From Chrysomallon squamiferum (Eukaryota > Animalia > Mollusca): 64,000 nucleotides of DNA. The translations under genes were made by a program, and so were the position numbers. The stretch lies in NCBI GenBank assembly GCA_012295275.1, contig CM022670.1, forward strand, positions 38,440,001 through 38,504,000, in the 5' to 3' direction. The notes under the pieces are model-generated. The model searched no databases, was not told the DNA's origin, and worked only from the letters and a program-made list of their open reading frames with translations. Below are positions 45,260-59,100 of this stretch, one piece after another. How positions within the stretch are numbered: position 1 is the stretch's first letter; every line of letters starts with the position of its first letter.

Positions 45260-45640
45260 AGAGTGATGGTTTTATCCACTTTAAATGGTTCGCTGTTTAA
45301 ATTACACCCTTTTGTTACATTATAATGTTCATAGCTGTGCAGTAGAGGCTGCCCACTTTAAACAGTTGGCTGTTGAGCACAGGTTGTAAAGAGTTTGCTG
45401 GTGTTAACAAGATATCTAATAGAAGATATTGTGTCCATTCTGGCCTTAAAGATAAAAAATTTTAACTGTTTGCTGTTAAAATACTGTTTAATATGTTCTG
45501 TATGCTGGAGTCTCTGTCCATTTTAAACGGGTGGCTGTTAAAGACAGGTTATAAAGTATTTGTGTGCTGTATAAACTTCTGTAGTGAAATCTGTGTCCAC
45601 TTTAAGCAGTTGGCAGCCGAAGACAGGTTATTAGTTTTAT
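45260..45640. repeat. Degenerate tandem repeat (TCCACTTTAAACAGTTGGCTGTTAAAGACAGGTT-like)
   Basis: About 5 diverged copies at roughly 80-bp spacing. Confidence 0.55.
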
Positions 45641-46034
45641 TAAAATAAGTTTAATAATCTGTGGAGCAGAGTTTTGTAATTTGAGCTGGCTTGTAATGGA
45701 AGTGCTGGTTTCAGGTGTGTTTATTAAATGTTGTCATATGTTCTGAATTACTCAGTTATGTACATACTTGCATACAGCACTAGCGAAACATATTTCTGTG
45801 TATTGCACTGTACACTGACAATACTGTGGCAACAGGTGATAATCCATTAACCAGCAGTCTCTTTTTTTTTTTTTTTTTAAATAAACTTGTGGGGTTTCTT
45901 TAGTGTATTTTTATTTTATTTTATTATTATTATTATTTTTTTTCATATTTATGTAACTGTTTTATAAAAATAATTTCTGTTTAATTATAACTGGGACATG
46001 CTCTAATTAAACATTTAAATTAACACCAAAATAA

Positions 46035-46065
<31 letters not shown>

Positions 46066-49000
46066 GGAAATAATCAAATTACTGTTGTGAGAGAGAGGGA
46101 GACTGAGTATTCAAAAAAAAAAAAAAAAAAAAATTAAACTTTAAAAAACTGAATAATAATAATAATAATAATGTTGAGAAGAGAGAGAAGGGATGGTGCA
46201 TTATTAATGAACTTAAAACATTCTGCATTCAACACACAGAGCTTGCATATCAATATAAGTTTCTAACATATTTTTTTTCACATTGCCTGTAAAATCTTTA
46301 CCCCCCCCCCAGACACACACACACAGACAAACATACGCACATCGGCATACACATTTTCTTTTACATCTAAACACTTGTACACGTTGAGAAAAGGGGGAAA
46401 AACATCTCATTGATTTGCTCAGTGATTTTATTTTTTTATTTTTTTTATCTTAGAAAGCCAGAACTAATGATGTGAAACATTTCAGATATGACAAGGAGAA
46501 AGAGTTGGGAACATTTTAAAAAAATTGTAAAGCTTTCCTCCTACACAATCTGAGTATCTGTAGAACATTTCAGTGAACTTCTTTCATCACTCATTGTAGC
46601 TGAGTAATATTTATTTTGTGTATAAACTGTACGATTTTAACATACTAAGTGGACAAACAGTTATATCTGTCTATCTATTTATCTAGTCATCTGTATATCT
46701 TTATCTATCTAATTATCTATCTGTGTATGTATGCATGTATGTAAATATCTGGGTGTGTGCACACATCTTTTCAACTATAAATCTTAATATTACTATTACT
46801 GTAATTATTAAAGACCAGCAATATTTCTTTTTTACTTTCTTGCTATTGTTTTAACACTTTTGAGGCTTAATTTCTTTTATTAATGTAAGAGTTCTGTATA
46901 TGGGTTTACTTCTTGTAAAGTAATAATGAAATTTTTTTAAATTGGTTTGCTTCTATATTTTCCATTTGAATTTAAAAATTTGATTTCAGATGACCACTAT
47001 TTTTCATGAAATAAACTTATATTAAATGTTATCTGTATTCAAGGATACATCTGGTACAACTAAAATATATTTTAAAATATAAAAATTTATACATTAGGTT
47101 GTAGTCTAAAATCTTGGAAGTACTTTTTTTTTTTTTTTTTAAAAAGAATTTAATTATTTAAAATGTCTAATAAAAAGGAAATGAAAAATAGACAAAATTG
47201 GCATTTTTAAAAGCTACTCAATTAAATTTTACAGAAATGAAGCCAAATGAACTCTGGGTTATTTCTAACAAAGGGAATCAATTAAACTAGTATTAATAGA
47301 TAATAAGAACTGTGACAAAATTTTTTTTACTTTTAAATTGTTGATACAAATAGATACACTGTATATATATGCTTTAATTATATTAATTACAGTTTTCCAA
47401 ATAAACTTTCAAAAAAATGCATCAGTATTGTTCTACGTATTTATTTCAAATACATACACTGCTTTATACATAGGTTAATAAAAAGTGTTAAAAGTACTTT
47501 AAACCACAATGAGAAACTTTACCAGCCATTTAAAAATATGTCAGCAATAAAGTAGTTTTTTTTGTTTTTCTATATTTATTTATTTATTTATTTATTTACA
47601 CTGCAGATTATACTTGTTAAAAAGGCAAATAGCAAAATATTTTATCTTTATAAGCCTACTCATTGGTGTTACTCACCTGTTTTTGTAGAATATTGATGGA
47701 AAAATCAATTATAGCTATTTTTACTATGTACAATAGGACAAAATATGTAGGCTTTTGGTTTGTGGGGTTGTTGTTTTTTTTAAAAAAATTTTTGCTTCTT
47801 TCAATATAGACGTATCACTTTTGAAAGTTATATTTATTGGAACATAATATAGAGAATAATAATTAATGGCAGGACAAGAGACAAATGAAACAATATAGTT
47901 TGGTAAAGCTGTATGGGGTAGAAAAATAAATAAAAATAGAATTTGTATATCAAGCTGATGGTAGATCATCCTACCAATAGAGTTCTTAGTTATCTGAGAG
48001 GTGAGACAAATGAATGTTCAGGTGAAAACTTATCATGTTTTACTTCTAAAATGGGATAAAATATGCATATTTTAATACTGAGCTGTTATTTGATTTCAGT
48101 CAGGTGATATATGAATACTGTTTAGTACATTTTTTTTTTTTTTTTAATGTTATGCAGTATTGTATTATAGGGTTTAGGTTAACTCAGACCTCATAGTACA
48201 AAGCTAAAGACTTAACATGTGGATAAATATAGATTTTCATGAAATAAAATTATTGTAACATCAAGTTTTAAAGCAAACTTCCAGTTAAGTTGCACATTAG
48301 TCAGAATTTAAGTGTTGATGGAATTAAAGAACCGAGAACAAGCCATGTTTCAAGGATATTTGGTAATTCAGTATCATGAATATCATTTTTGCTTATTTAC
48401 TGTGTTGGGGTTTCGTCTTGTTTTTGAAATAATAAATTAGGTTTTTGCTAAACTGTATTTTTCTCCCTTTTTTTTTCTTTCTTTTTTTCCCCCTTTTTTT
48501 ATCTTTTTAAAAAAAAAATTAGATTATTTTGTTTTGAATTTCATATACGTATTTAGATATTTCAAAACTATTTAGTTCCAGTATTTTTGCTCTTGGTTTG
48601 AATTTTTTTGTGAAATCTTTTATTGAATATGTGCATATTATGAGAAATATGGTTTATTTTAAATGTTGTGTTACTTAAAGTGCAGAATATTAATTTTCAT
48701 TCAGTTTTATTTGCAGTCTTCTAAATAATACATTCCATTGAAACTTTCAAAATCTTGTTTCTGTATCAAATATACTGGGATTTTAGATAAAGCCAGTAAT
48801 TCTGTTACATTTTCACATTCTTTTAAAGAATTTTTTTTTTTCTTTTCAAAAGTTCACCTTCTCAGAGTTTGAAATAATTTTACAAGTTATTGTTGAAAAT
48901 AATAATAATAATCATAGTTCAGACTTTATAGATGAGTCTATTTATTTTTCAATAAATACTTGGAAATTATTTAGCAGAAGGCACTGTTCATTAATTCTTT

Positions 49001-51394
49001 CATTTATTTTATTTCGTTTATTTTATCTTTTAAAAAAAAAAAAAAAGAAATGTCTAGGATAACCAATATATGTATTTATATATTGTTGATGTTATTGTAA
49101 TATTGTCACTTGGAAATGTTTTTGTTTATACATTGTTTTTCATTGTTGGCATTTTTTATTTTGGTTTTAAGCTGCCCTAGAATTTACAATGATACCAAAT
49201 CACGGTGTCTAAAAATAAAATATCTGAATTGTGTGTTGTGGTGTGTATACTACAGTTAGCACAAATAAAACTGAACTTTCTCAGACTTTCCTTGTCTTCA
49301 GCAAACTACCTAAAACAGTTTTAAAAACAAATAAATATTATACAGAAATTAAAACTAAGTTTTCTACTATTTATTTATTTAGATATTTGAAAAAAATGAA
49401 TTGTTAATCCGAGATTGAATTGTTTGGACTGGTTTTTCTCCTTGTGGTTTCTACACTTAGTACGGTGTCTGGTTGCACATGGAATAATTGTACACTCCTA
49501 TATTCAGAGTTTGCGAGTTGAGGTCAGAGTTGTAGGGGTTGTCTCAAAACAGCAAACGTTGGACTCGTGCCCAAAATGATTATAAAACATTTTCTCTTTC
49601 ACTTACAGCTGGTATATCTTTGTATTCACTTCTTATGTAATACAAGCAGTATTTCATTATCTTATACAATAAATATAACTTAACTGAGGTGTCTTGTTAA
49701 ATGTGTGTTTACTTGGTTACTCATATTTCTGATTGGTTCCTCCTGAAATTTGGAACTGATATAGGATGGTCTAAATTGAAACAAAATTAGATTAGTGTCA
49801 TTTCATGTATATAACATTATTATTATTATATACTGTTTTATTAATGATAAAAACAGAAAGTTGAATATATCAATATCTGCTAAGCATTATTCTTAGCAGT
49901 ACATTAAACACCATCAGAATAAATTTCTGACTGTTCTTTGCAAAAGCAAACTTTGCATCCTTTATGAAAATAGTTCCATACTGTTTGTTGCTTTCATATT
50001 TAATTATGTAAAACTTAAAAAAATAAATTTCCTCTGAAATGAACGGTTATTTACTATTTAGTTGTCATCATTTTACAACTTTGTGAAATCAGATGATTTA
50101 ACGCAAATTTGATTGGCAGTACAATTAGAACTGTGGTGAATGAAACAGTAACATTTGTTACTCTGCATAAATTTAAAGTAACAAAACAAAAAAAAAAAAA
50201 CAGAAAAATAATAATATTGGTTTTGACATTACTGCAGTATGCAATATAAAATATGAAGGAGTTAAGAAACCAATATGTGGTGTCTCATATGGTGATTTGC
50301 TTTTCTGGTTTTTGAGAAGAAAAAAAAGGAAAATAGATACAAATATATATGTGTGTGTGTGTGTGACCATAATGGAGTATCTGTTTATTTATTTATTTAT
50401 TTATTTGTTAGAAAGTAACCTGTGTCATCATGTTGGTCACTATGGTTACATTCAAGATGGCTGTCAGTGTTATTAAATCTAAATTTCAAAACTGTCTAAA
50501 AAACAAAAGTAATTCATAAAAAATATTTAAACTAGTAATTCTTCTACAAGTTCTTTAACACAAAGATGATAATGTGAACATCTTGGACAATTTTTGTACC
50601 TGATAAATCTCTCATGGCAGCTGTTTTTATCATGCTGTCAGCTCCATAACCATTTTTTAAAAAGACATTTAATATTTTTAGACAAATAGTATCAGACTGT
50701 GAAGCCTGCAGACTGCATAATTGTGGTTATGTCAACCCCTGATACAAAACACAACAGCAGTGAAAGTACATACATTAGTATTTTTACTATGTGCAGTTTT
50801 TAAAATTAAAATTTAAAAAAATATCTGAATATTATGTAGCAGTAAATTCTAATAATAAAAAAATAAAAAAATGGGTTAAGAAATTTAAGTAAAATAAATG
50901 TTCTTTAAAAAAAAAAAAAAGATGATTGACTTTATCAAAGTACATCCTTCTACAATGCAACCATTAGAATTTTTCACATTCTAACCTTTATATTTCATGA
51001 GTATGTAGTCAAAGATTATGTAGCTGACAGACTTCTGTATGTAACTACCAGTAAGCAAGGAAAACCTGTGAAAAGCACATGTTTTACATCTAATAATTAT
51101 CAAAATGTCATTAAGTTTATTATGAGCCACCCTAAAAAATGTGTGTATTAGTGTGTGAACATTTTTTATGTATGTATGCATCTTGCACTTAACAAGTGTC
51201 AAAATCAAAGTGTTCATAGCTGTCTTTAAACAGATACACTATTAAAGTACAAGCACCTTGGTCTTCTGCCTTTATTTTAAAAAAAAAAAAAAAAAAAGAA
51301 AGAAAGAAAAGAAATTTAAAAATTATAAAAGTCCATCAGGTTTTTTGATGCTGAAAATTATATTTGAAATAAAATAAAACATATAAAAGCTTGT

Positions 51395-51443
<49 letters not shown>

Positions 51444-52276
51444 TTATTAAAAGGTTTTTTAAAAGGTTTTTATCTGGATCAAATTTTGCTCCTAGCTTTG
51501 AGACAGAAACTAGTGAACCATGAATTAACTAGCATACCTGTAGATACATACACTTGCAGTGACTAGGCAGGATTAGTGTTTTGTCTAATTTTAAAAAAAC
51601 CCTGTAAATAGTTCACTTAAAACCTGTTAATTAAAGATACATCAATGAACATAATAATAATAATTTAATTTAAATTTCAAATTTTTTATTTTATTTTTTT
51701 TTATTGTTTTAGACAATATTTCACTTGTTTTCAATATTGTTTACTACAATGGTGAAATAAATTATGTACACATTATTGACACTTTTGACACAAACCCTGG
51801 CTGACAGTGTTGGCTGTTTGAAGTCACCCAGGTCAGAAAGAGAAAACAAGCTGAGTCTATTGTCTAAGTAGAGGGGTGATTCAGGTGTGAATTTTGCATG
51901 GGAAGAGTTCATTATTTTAATGTGGAGAAATTATTCTACTTCACCTGCCAAGATCTGCAGTAAACTTGTATCATAACATCAGTGTTTCAGAGTTTTAAAA
52001 TAAAACTTGGTTAATACCATTGTTATGTAATAATTGTGGTGTTGATACAGCATAAATATTGTATACATAATCATGTAATATGCATTTATTATTTTCTGTT
52101 AAAGCTAGGTATTTATTTATTTTATTTTTTTATTTTGAAGAAGTTGTTTAGAATTTCTTTCACCATTGTAACCAGCATATTACTATTTTCATTTAGTTTC
52201 ATATTTATGATACTTAGAATTAAAGACAAAATCTTTTTACTTCAAAATTTGTTTTTTTACCACCACCATTTTTCTA

Positions 52277-52313
<37 letters not shown>

Positions 52314-53239
52314 GACTAACTTTGATATTAAATTTTTTTTTTAAATAGTAATAAAATTTTTTTTAAAATTCACTGACACTTATTTTAAACTTAGAAGTAT
52401 CATGTTACAGATTTTACTTTTTTTTTCTTTTTTTTTTTTCTTTTTTTTTCAAGCGGTAAAATCCAGTTCTTGTTTTTATTTATTTTAATAATTAAAATAA
52501 GAGTGAAAATTTGACTTTATGATTATACATGCCAACAAATATTAGCTTAGTGTAAATAATTTTCATTCTATGGATATTTCTCAGTTTATTTTGTTTTAAA
52601 AATTCATTGTAGGGCTTGTCAAACAGGGGGAGATAAAAAAAAAAAAAAAAGTTTTGAACAGTTCATTTCCATATTAATTAAACACAACTATATTTATTTT
52701 TATTTATATTTATTTATTTAAAGTTCTATTTTATTTTGAACCTTGTTTATATGTAGATTCCGTCATGATCTATTTCATTTTTATTTTAATTGAATATTCA
52801 CTTGTGATATGAAAAAAAAGTCTTTAAGAACACAGAAAATTTCACATTTTTCTGTTAATAAAAATATTTATTGGCCTTTCTTTTATTAAACCATAAAACT
52901 GAAATGTGTTATGTCAAATTTTTTTTTTAATTGTATTAATAAAAATAAGAATAGTGTCTGGGTACTAACAATCAAACTTTAAAATATGTTTGGTTTTTGG
53001 GGTGTTTTATTAAAATTCAAAACCTTTCAAATTTTTTGGGAGGTTTATTATTAATAAGAAATATTTAAATTCATAGTTGTTTTGCTTTTAAATTGTCTTT
53101 TATTAAAATACCATATATTTAGCAGTTTGTTAAAATATATATAAAAATTAAATTTCTGTAATTGTTTTTTAAAAATAATAAAAATTACTTAATATCAGTC
53201 TTCAACTTAAAATATTTTCTATAACAGAAATTTGAATTA

Positions 53240-53552
53240 TTAGTCTGTTTTCTATTAGGGAAAAACTTCAGTGTTATCTATAACTGAAAATGGAAAAACT
53301 TAAAAACATTTTCTTTGAAATTGAAAACTTAAAACATTTACTGTTACTGAAAATGGAAAACAATTTAAACATATTACTGAAAAAGGAAAACTGAAAAAAA
53401 AAAAATTTTTATTTTTTTTTTAAACATTTTCTATTATTGAAAAATAGAATACTTAAAAACATTTTTCTCTTACTGATGATAACCAGAAAAATTTAAAACT
53501 TTAAAAAAAAAAAAAAAACACATCTTCTGTTGCTGAAACATGGAAAACTTTA
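53240..53552. repeat. Degenerate ~30-bp AT-rich minisatellite (TTACTGAAAATGGAAAAACTTAAAAACATT)
   Basis: Recurrent CTGAAAATGGAAAAC motifs. Confidence 0.65.
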
Positions 53553-54683
53553 AACGGTCGGTGAAAAATCAGTCACCCAAACTGAAATGGCTGATCAGAG
53601 TGCTGTATTGAGAACAAGGACTGGATCCATGGCAGTTAGAAATCAATAGGTTGCTTGGCTTTGCAGTGAGGGTGCAGGTGGCAGGCCGCGAGGCTCCCGA
53701 AGGTGACCTGGCGATTTCTATTGATTTTTCTTCTCTCCTCCACTGCATGTCTGCTGCGTGGAGAACGAACGGCACCTTGGTTGACATCATCACCATCGTG
53801 TCAGCGTGTTTTTGAAAATTCTGACCAACATGCATGCACTGTAACAGCTTGCAGAGTGTAAATATACAGCAAATAGCCGAATCTGTTACAGGCAGAAAGG
53901 TGGTTAATAGAAACGGTTTTCCATTGTGAACTGCAGTTTTGTGTGTGTGTGTGTGTGTGTGTGTGTTTGTGTGTTTGTTGTGATTTAATAAACCAGTCGT
54001 AAAAATATGTTTGATTTGGTCATTAGATTTTTTTATAGATATATATATATATATATATTTGTTATTGTGTGTGGCTGTTTTTGTGTGTGTTTGTATACAC
54101 ACACACACACACATACAAGTGTGTATATATATATATATATATATATACACATACATATATATGTGCATATATATGCCTTCTTGTGAAAATTTAGAAAAAG
54201 AAACTTTTTCTTACTAAATTGTTGAAGACTTTTAATTTTTTTTTTATTTCTGCTTTAATACTGATATTTTTGAAACTGTCCATTTAAAAGGTCCAAAAAG
54301 TTTACCACTATATATATATATATATATATATTAACTTTTCTTTACTTACGTGAAAAACAAAAGATAGTTTAAATACTGATGTTAGAAAACAAATATTTCA
54401 GTGTTCTAAAAATTCATCGAAAGTATTGTTTTTGTGAGTTGTTTTTCTTTTAAAAAAAGTTTAAATTTGTTCTTCTTCTCCTTACTTTCTTTCAATCTTT
54501 CTCTCTCTCTATTATTTATTTTTTTAGTTGTTGTTGTTACTTTTAAATAATATTTGGTTTTAAGTTACATGTACGTAGCAGTCTCTTAAGATAGTAATAA
54601 TTAGTATAAATTGTTACATGAAATTTCAAAATGACTCCATAGTGGTACCATAGTGAAAACATATTTTAGAATTAAATAAATAA

Positions 54684-54719
<36 letters not shown>

Positions 54720-56089
54720 ATCAACTCATCATATCACAAGAAAAACAAAATTTGAAAATTAAAAAAATTATCGTTTTCTTTATCGATTATAAAAAAATAA
54801 CTGAATCTGTTTTGTTTAAATATTTATTTATTATTATTATTTGTTATTATTGTTATTATTATTGTTATTATAAATAACTCTGAATCCATCATTATTCCAC
54901 ACTTTATATGATCTTTATTTGAGCGCTGCTGTTGTGCAAACTTCCCAGCCGGTTTGCAAAGGATACAGCACAGAACAACATTAACCTACATAGACTTTCT
55001 TCAGTCCTTTTTACTTCATATTTCAACTGAAACACATACACTAGCTGAACTTTTTTTCAAACTGACAAGTTCGGTATTCATGTTCGTTTAATATTAAAAA
55101 ATTTATAGGAGATTTTGGGCCAGTTTTTTTTTTAAATCTTTTTTTTCAAAGTAAAAGGGATCTGTGTTTTTGTCCCCATTGGATAAGTAAAAGGTGAAAC
55201 TTTAAAAAAAAGAGAAACAAATTAAAAATGACAAGAAGGAGTAAGCTATACTAGGATTTTTCTAATTTAAAAAACTACAAAAATGATGGTAATACAAATT
55301 TTACACTATCAAAATAAAGAAGAAAAAAGTAAAATTTCAGTTATTTAAATATAGAAATATCTTATTTAAAATTCACAAAAATGGAAATCTGAAGTGATAC
55401 TATCATTTCACAAATAAATACTATAATTTTATAAATAAATATTGAAAAAAATAAAATAAATAATAAACAGATAAATAAAATCAAACAAACACAGATATCT
55501 TAAATACGAACACGTACTTGATAACAAAATTTAATTATCATCATCATCATCATCATCATTATTATTATGATTTCCCCTTTGTCATGTAACAATTCTACAG
55601 TTTGTTTTGTTTATCCTGTAAGTGAAGGAATCTTCTTTTCTGTCTTGTTAACAACTGGCAAACAGGTATCGTGAACTTGTCAAGCATGTGACAAACTAAA
55701 CATTTATGAAAATGTTTTTCCACTGACTTGTGTAATCGCCACTGAGGGCTGCCTGATTACAGGCCAGCTGATCTGTGTGGGGCTGTGTGTGTGTGTGCCT
55801 TTCACTTTGTTCTTGCTGGGACTCTATTCTCCCACCCACCCCATCGTTGCATTCCCTAGAGGAGGCAGAGGCGATATATTGATTTTTGTTTTTCACTTGT
55901 GTCACTTAGCCTGGCTGTAGCAGGAAGAGAAAGCCACGTGGTCGTCAACCCCGTACACACACACGTTGCACGCTTTGCTGTCAGCATCGTACAAGGACTG
56001 TTGTCTCGCATCAGCGGTTAAAGTTGTTGTTTTTTGTTGTTTTTGTCCCTTTTCTTGGGTGTGTAAAGTGTTATAATACACACCTTGCT

Positions 56090-56430
56090 TAAAATACAAT
56101 ACAGATAATGCTATAAATATAATACATGCCCCATTAAAATATAATACAACTGCCATTAAATATATAATGCAATCCTCATTAAAAATATAAAACAGATTTT
56201 ACTAAAAATATAATACAGCCCCACTAAAAATATAATACAGACAACATTAAAAATATAATACATGCCCCATTAAAAATATAATGTACTCGGTTATGAATAT
56301 AATACAAACATTAAAGATATAATATAGACCATGTTAAAAATACATAATACATAGCCTGTAAAAAAAAATAATACAGACCCATGTTAAAATATAATCCAGA
56401 CCTCTATTAAAAATATAATAAAGACCACCA
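56090..56430. repeat. Degenerate ~22-23-bp minisatellite (AAAATATAATACAGCCCCATTA)
   Basis: Recurrent AAATATAATAC motif. Confidence 0.8.
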
Positions 56431-56731
56431 ATAAAATTTTAAAATTTTACAATAGTATTTACATATATTTTTTTTAATTCATCCATACTGAGAACCTAGC
56501 ATAATAATGTCTTTTATGGTTTATGGAGGAGTATTTTAAGGAGTAAAAAAAATGAATTGAAAAAAAAGGTCAGTTTGAATAATGTATTTTCAGAAGGTGC
56601 ACAAAAAAAATGATGTGCTGGTTTATGGTGTAACTTTACATGACACAAGGAAACAAAAGCAATAAAACTATATGCACAAATTACACAACTTGTTGAACTG
56701 CAGGCAGCCATTGCACAGGCATTTCTTTCTT

Positions 56732-56764
<33 letters not shown>

Positions 56765-58519
56765 CATTTTCTCTCCATCCATGCTTTTTTCATTCTGTCT
56801 TTTTTTTTCTTTTTTTTTATGATTTTGCCAAGTTAAATTTAATGTTTCTCTTTCTGTCGGTTTCATGCCTTTATTCTCATTTTATCTCTCTCTTGTCCCT
56901 GTTTATCTATTCACATGTTTTGGAAAATCATTAAATTAATGTTTATTAGTAATATTTACTCTTTTGTGTGTGTGTGTTTCAAATCATTTCCTATGGATAA
57001 AAAATATTTGTGTTTAATATATATTACAGTTTTTATTATTTTTATTAAAAAAAAATCTTTTTTCATTTTCTATTTTTTTTCTTTTCTTTTTTTTTTTTTT
57101 AGTAGTGGAGAATTTTTTTATTGGTGTTTTTTTGTTTTTTTTTAACATCTTACACATGTTTCTTTATCTTCTTTTCTGTTGTGTTGTTTTTTTATTATTA
57201 CTCACTTCCATTTTTTATTTTATTCATTCTACACCAAATTGCCTGTTAAACATATGTATCTAACAGATGTAAATGTTTACCAGTGTTTGTTAAATGTATC
57301 GGATATCAAGGTGATCCTTACTGCCGACTGTGACAAATTAGCTGTTGTTACAGATATAATTCTGTGCTGTATCAGCCTTTTATATTCCTCAGCGTTTTAT
57401 ACAGTTATTATTATTATTGCCGTACCTGCGAATGACAGGCGAGTTGGGTAACACTCCAGTGGAACACATTAGCAGACAGCCATGGTAATTACTACAGACA
57501 CTGGATCCACTTCGCTGTTTAATGTATCAGCTACACCTGTGGCGATGTTGTGCCGGCTTCTTGCATTGTGATCTGTTGACAGTCAGCACTTCACACACCT
57601 TGATGACACCTGTTTGTAAATCGTCTTTCCACGGATAAACGATGATAGTTTTTTTTTTTTTTTTTCTTTCCTCCAGCCCATTCACTCTGGCTTCATTACA
57701 CACTTGTCAGCTTTCAGCAGAGGCTTTTCAACTCATCAAGGGAAAAACATATCTCTCTCACTTGAGATTTTCCAACATTGATTGCCCCATGTTGTTAATA
57801 AATCCGAAATAAATTGCTTTTTGCTAAATTTAGCAGAAGGGAAATCCCAGAAAACCTAGGTGCTTTCTCTTTTTCTTTTTCTATTTCTTTTTTTTTTTTA
57901 TTATTGTTAATTTTCTTTTTCATTCAGCACTCACTCACTCATTCATTCATTTCCTGATTTATGTCAAGTTACACAGATCTTCTCTTCATGTCCATGCACT
58001 TTGATTGATAAGCTAATAAAGCCCATCTAAAGATTGATAATCTATTTTTAGCATGAGGGGAATACCGTGCGAGTGTGTGTCGGGCAATTTCCTGGTTTGT
58101 GGCATGCAACTTGGTCGTTTTAACACTTGATTAATAATATTCCTTGGAGCATAGAATTGAAAAGACTTAAGCTCCATGGTGTTGGAGTGTTTCACACAAC
58201 AAGTAATTGATAACAGTGTGATCAACTGGCCCCCCCATTCAGTGCATTATGTTCATAATGCTCATAATCTTAAACACACACCTATCCTATTATTCATTGA
58301 GTGAACAACAACTTCATTTGTCCTGTCTCTCTGTTGGCTAACCATTGCACAGATGATCTGACTGTTGAGGCAGACAAAAGTTACACATGTTTAGATTACA
58401 TAGAAGGATGACACAAGTGAAAGCTTTCAACTGGTTTGTAATCCTTGTTTTGTGTAGCGACTTTCTTTTCCAGGTCGCTGTTTTGTATTGTGATGGGATT
58501 TTCCTAGTAAATAACACCT

Positions 58520-59100
58520 CATAGGGTGATGTTAATAAAGTTGTTTACCATACTGTAAACACCTTTTTGTTTGGTGATGTTGTTTAGCATACTGTAAACA
58601 CCATTTTGTTTGGTGATGTCATTTACCATATTGTATACCTCTTTATATGGTGATGTTATTTTCCTTGTTTACTATACTGTAAACACCATTTTGTTTGGTA
58701 ATGTTTACCATTTTGTAAACAACATTTTGTGTGGTGATATATTCCTTCTTTATCATACTGTAAACATTATTGTATTGCATGGTTATGTTTATTTTTCTTG
58801 TTTACCTTATTGTAAACACAATTATATATGGTAATATTGTTTTGCTTGTTTACCTTGTTTTTTAATGGTAATTTTCCTTATCATATGTAAACACAGTTGT
58901 ATATGGTGATTTTATTTTCCTTTTTTTTACTATACTATAAACATAAACACCATTTTGTGTGATTAAGTGTTTTGTCTATGTTTATCATATTACAAAAACA
59001 TGTTTTGTGATTTTCTTTATGTTTACCATTTATGTAAACATTGTATCGCATGTCATAAACTTTTCTATATGTTTACCACACAGTAAACATTGCTTTTTTT
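58520..59100. repeat. Degenerate ~35-45-bp minisatellite (TGGTGATGTTGTTTACCATACTGTAAACACCATTTTGT)
   Basis: Recurrent GTTTACCAT..TGTAAACA with an internal palindrome. Confidence 0.75.

Noticed and set aside
53569-54168. 199-aa minus-strand ORF
   Set aside because: Begins in (TA)n/(CA)n microsatellites, has no recognisable domain, and shows no supporting splice structure.
58440-58480. Possible SSBP exon 6 after TTTCTTTTCCAG
   Set aside because: The downstream translation lacks the expected Pro/Gly-rich APSP..PPGDG sequence and runs into a minisatellite.
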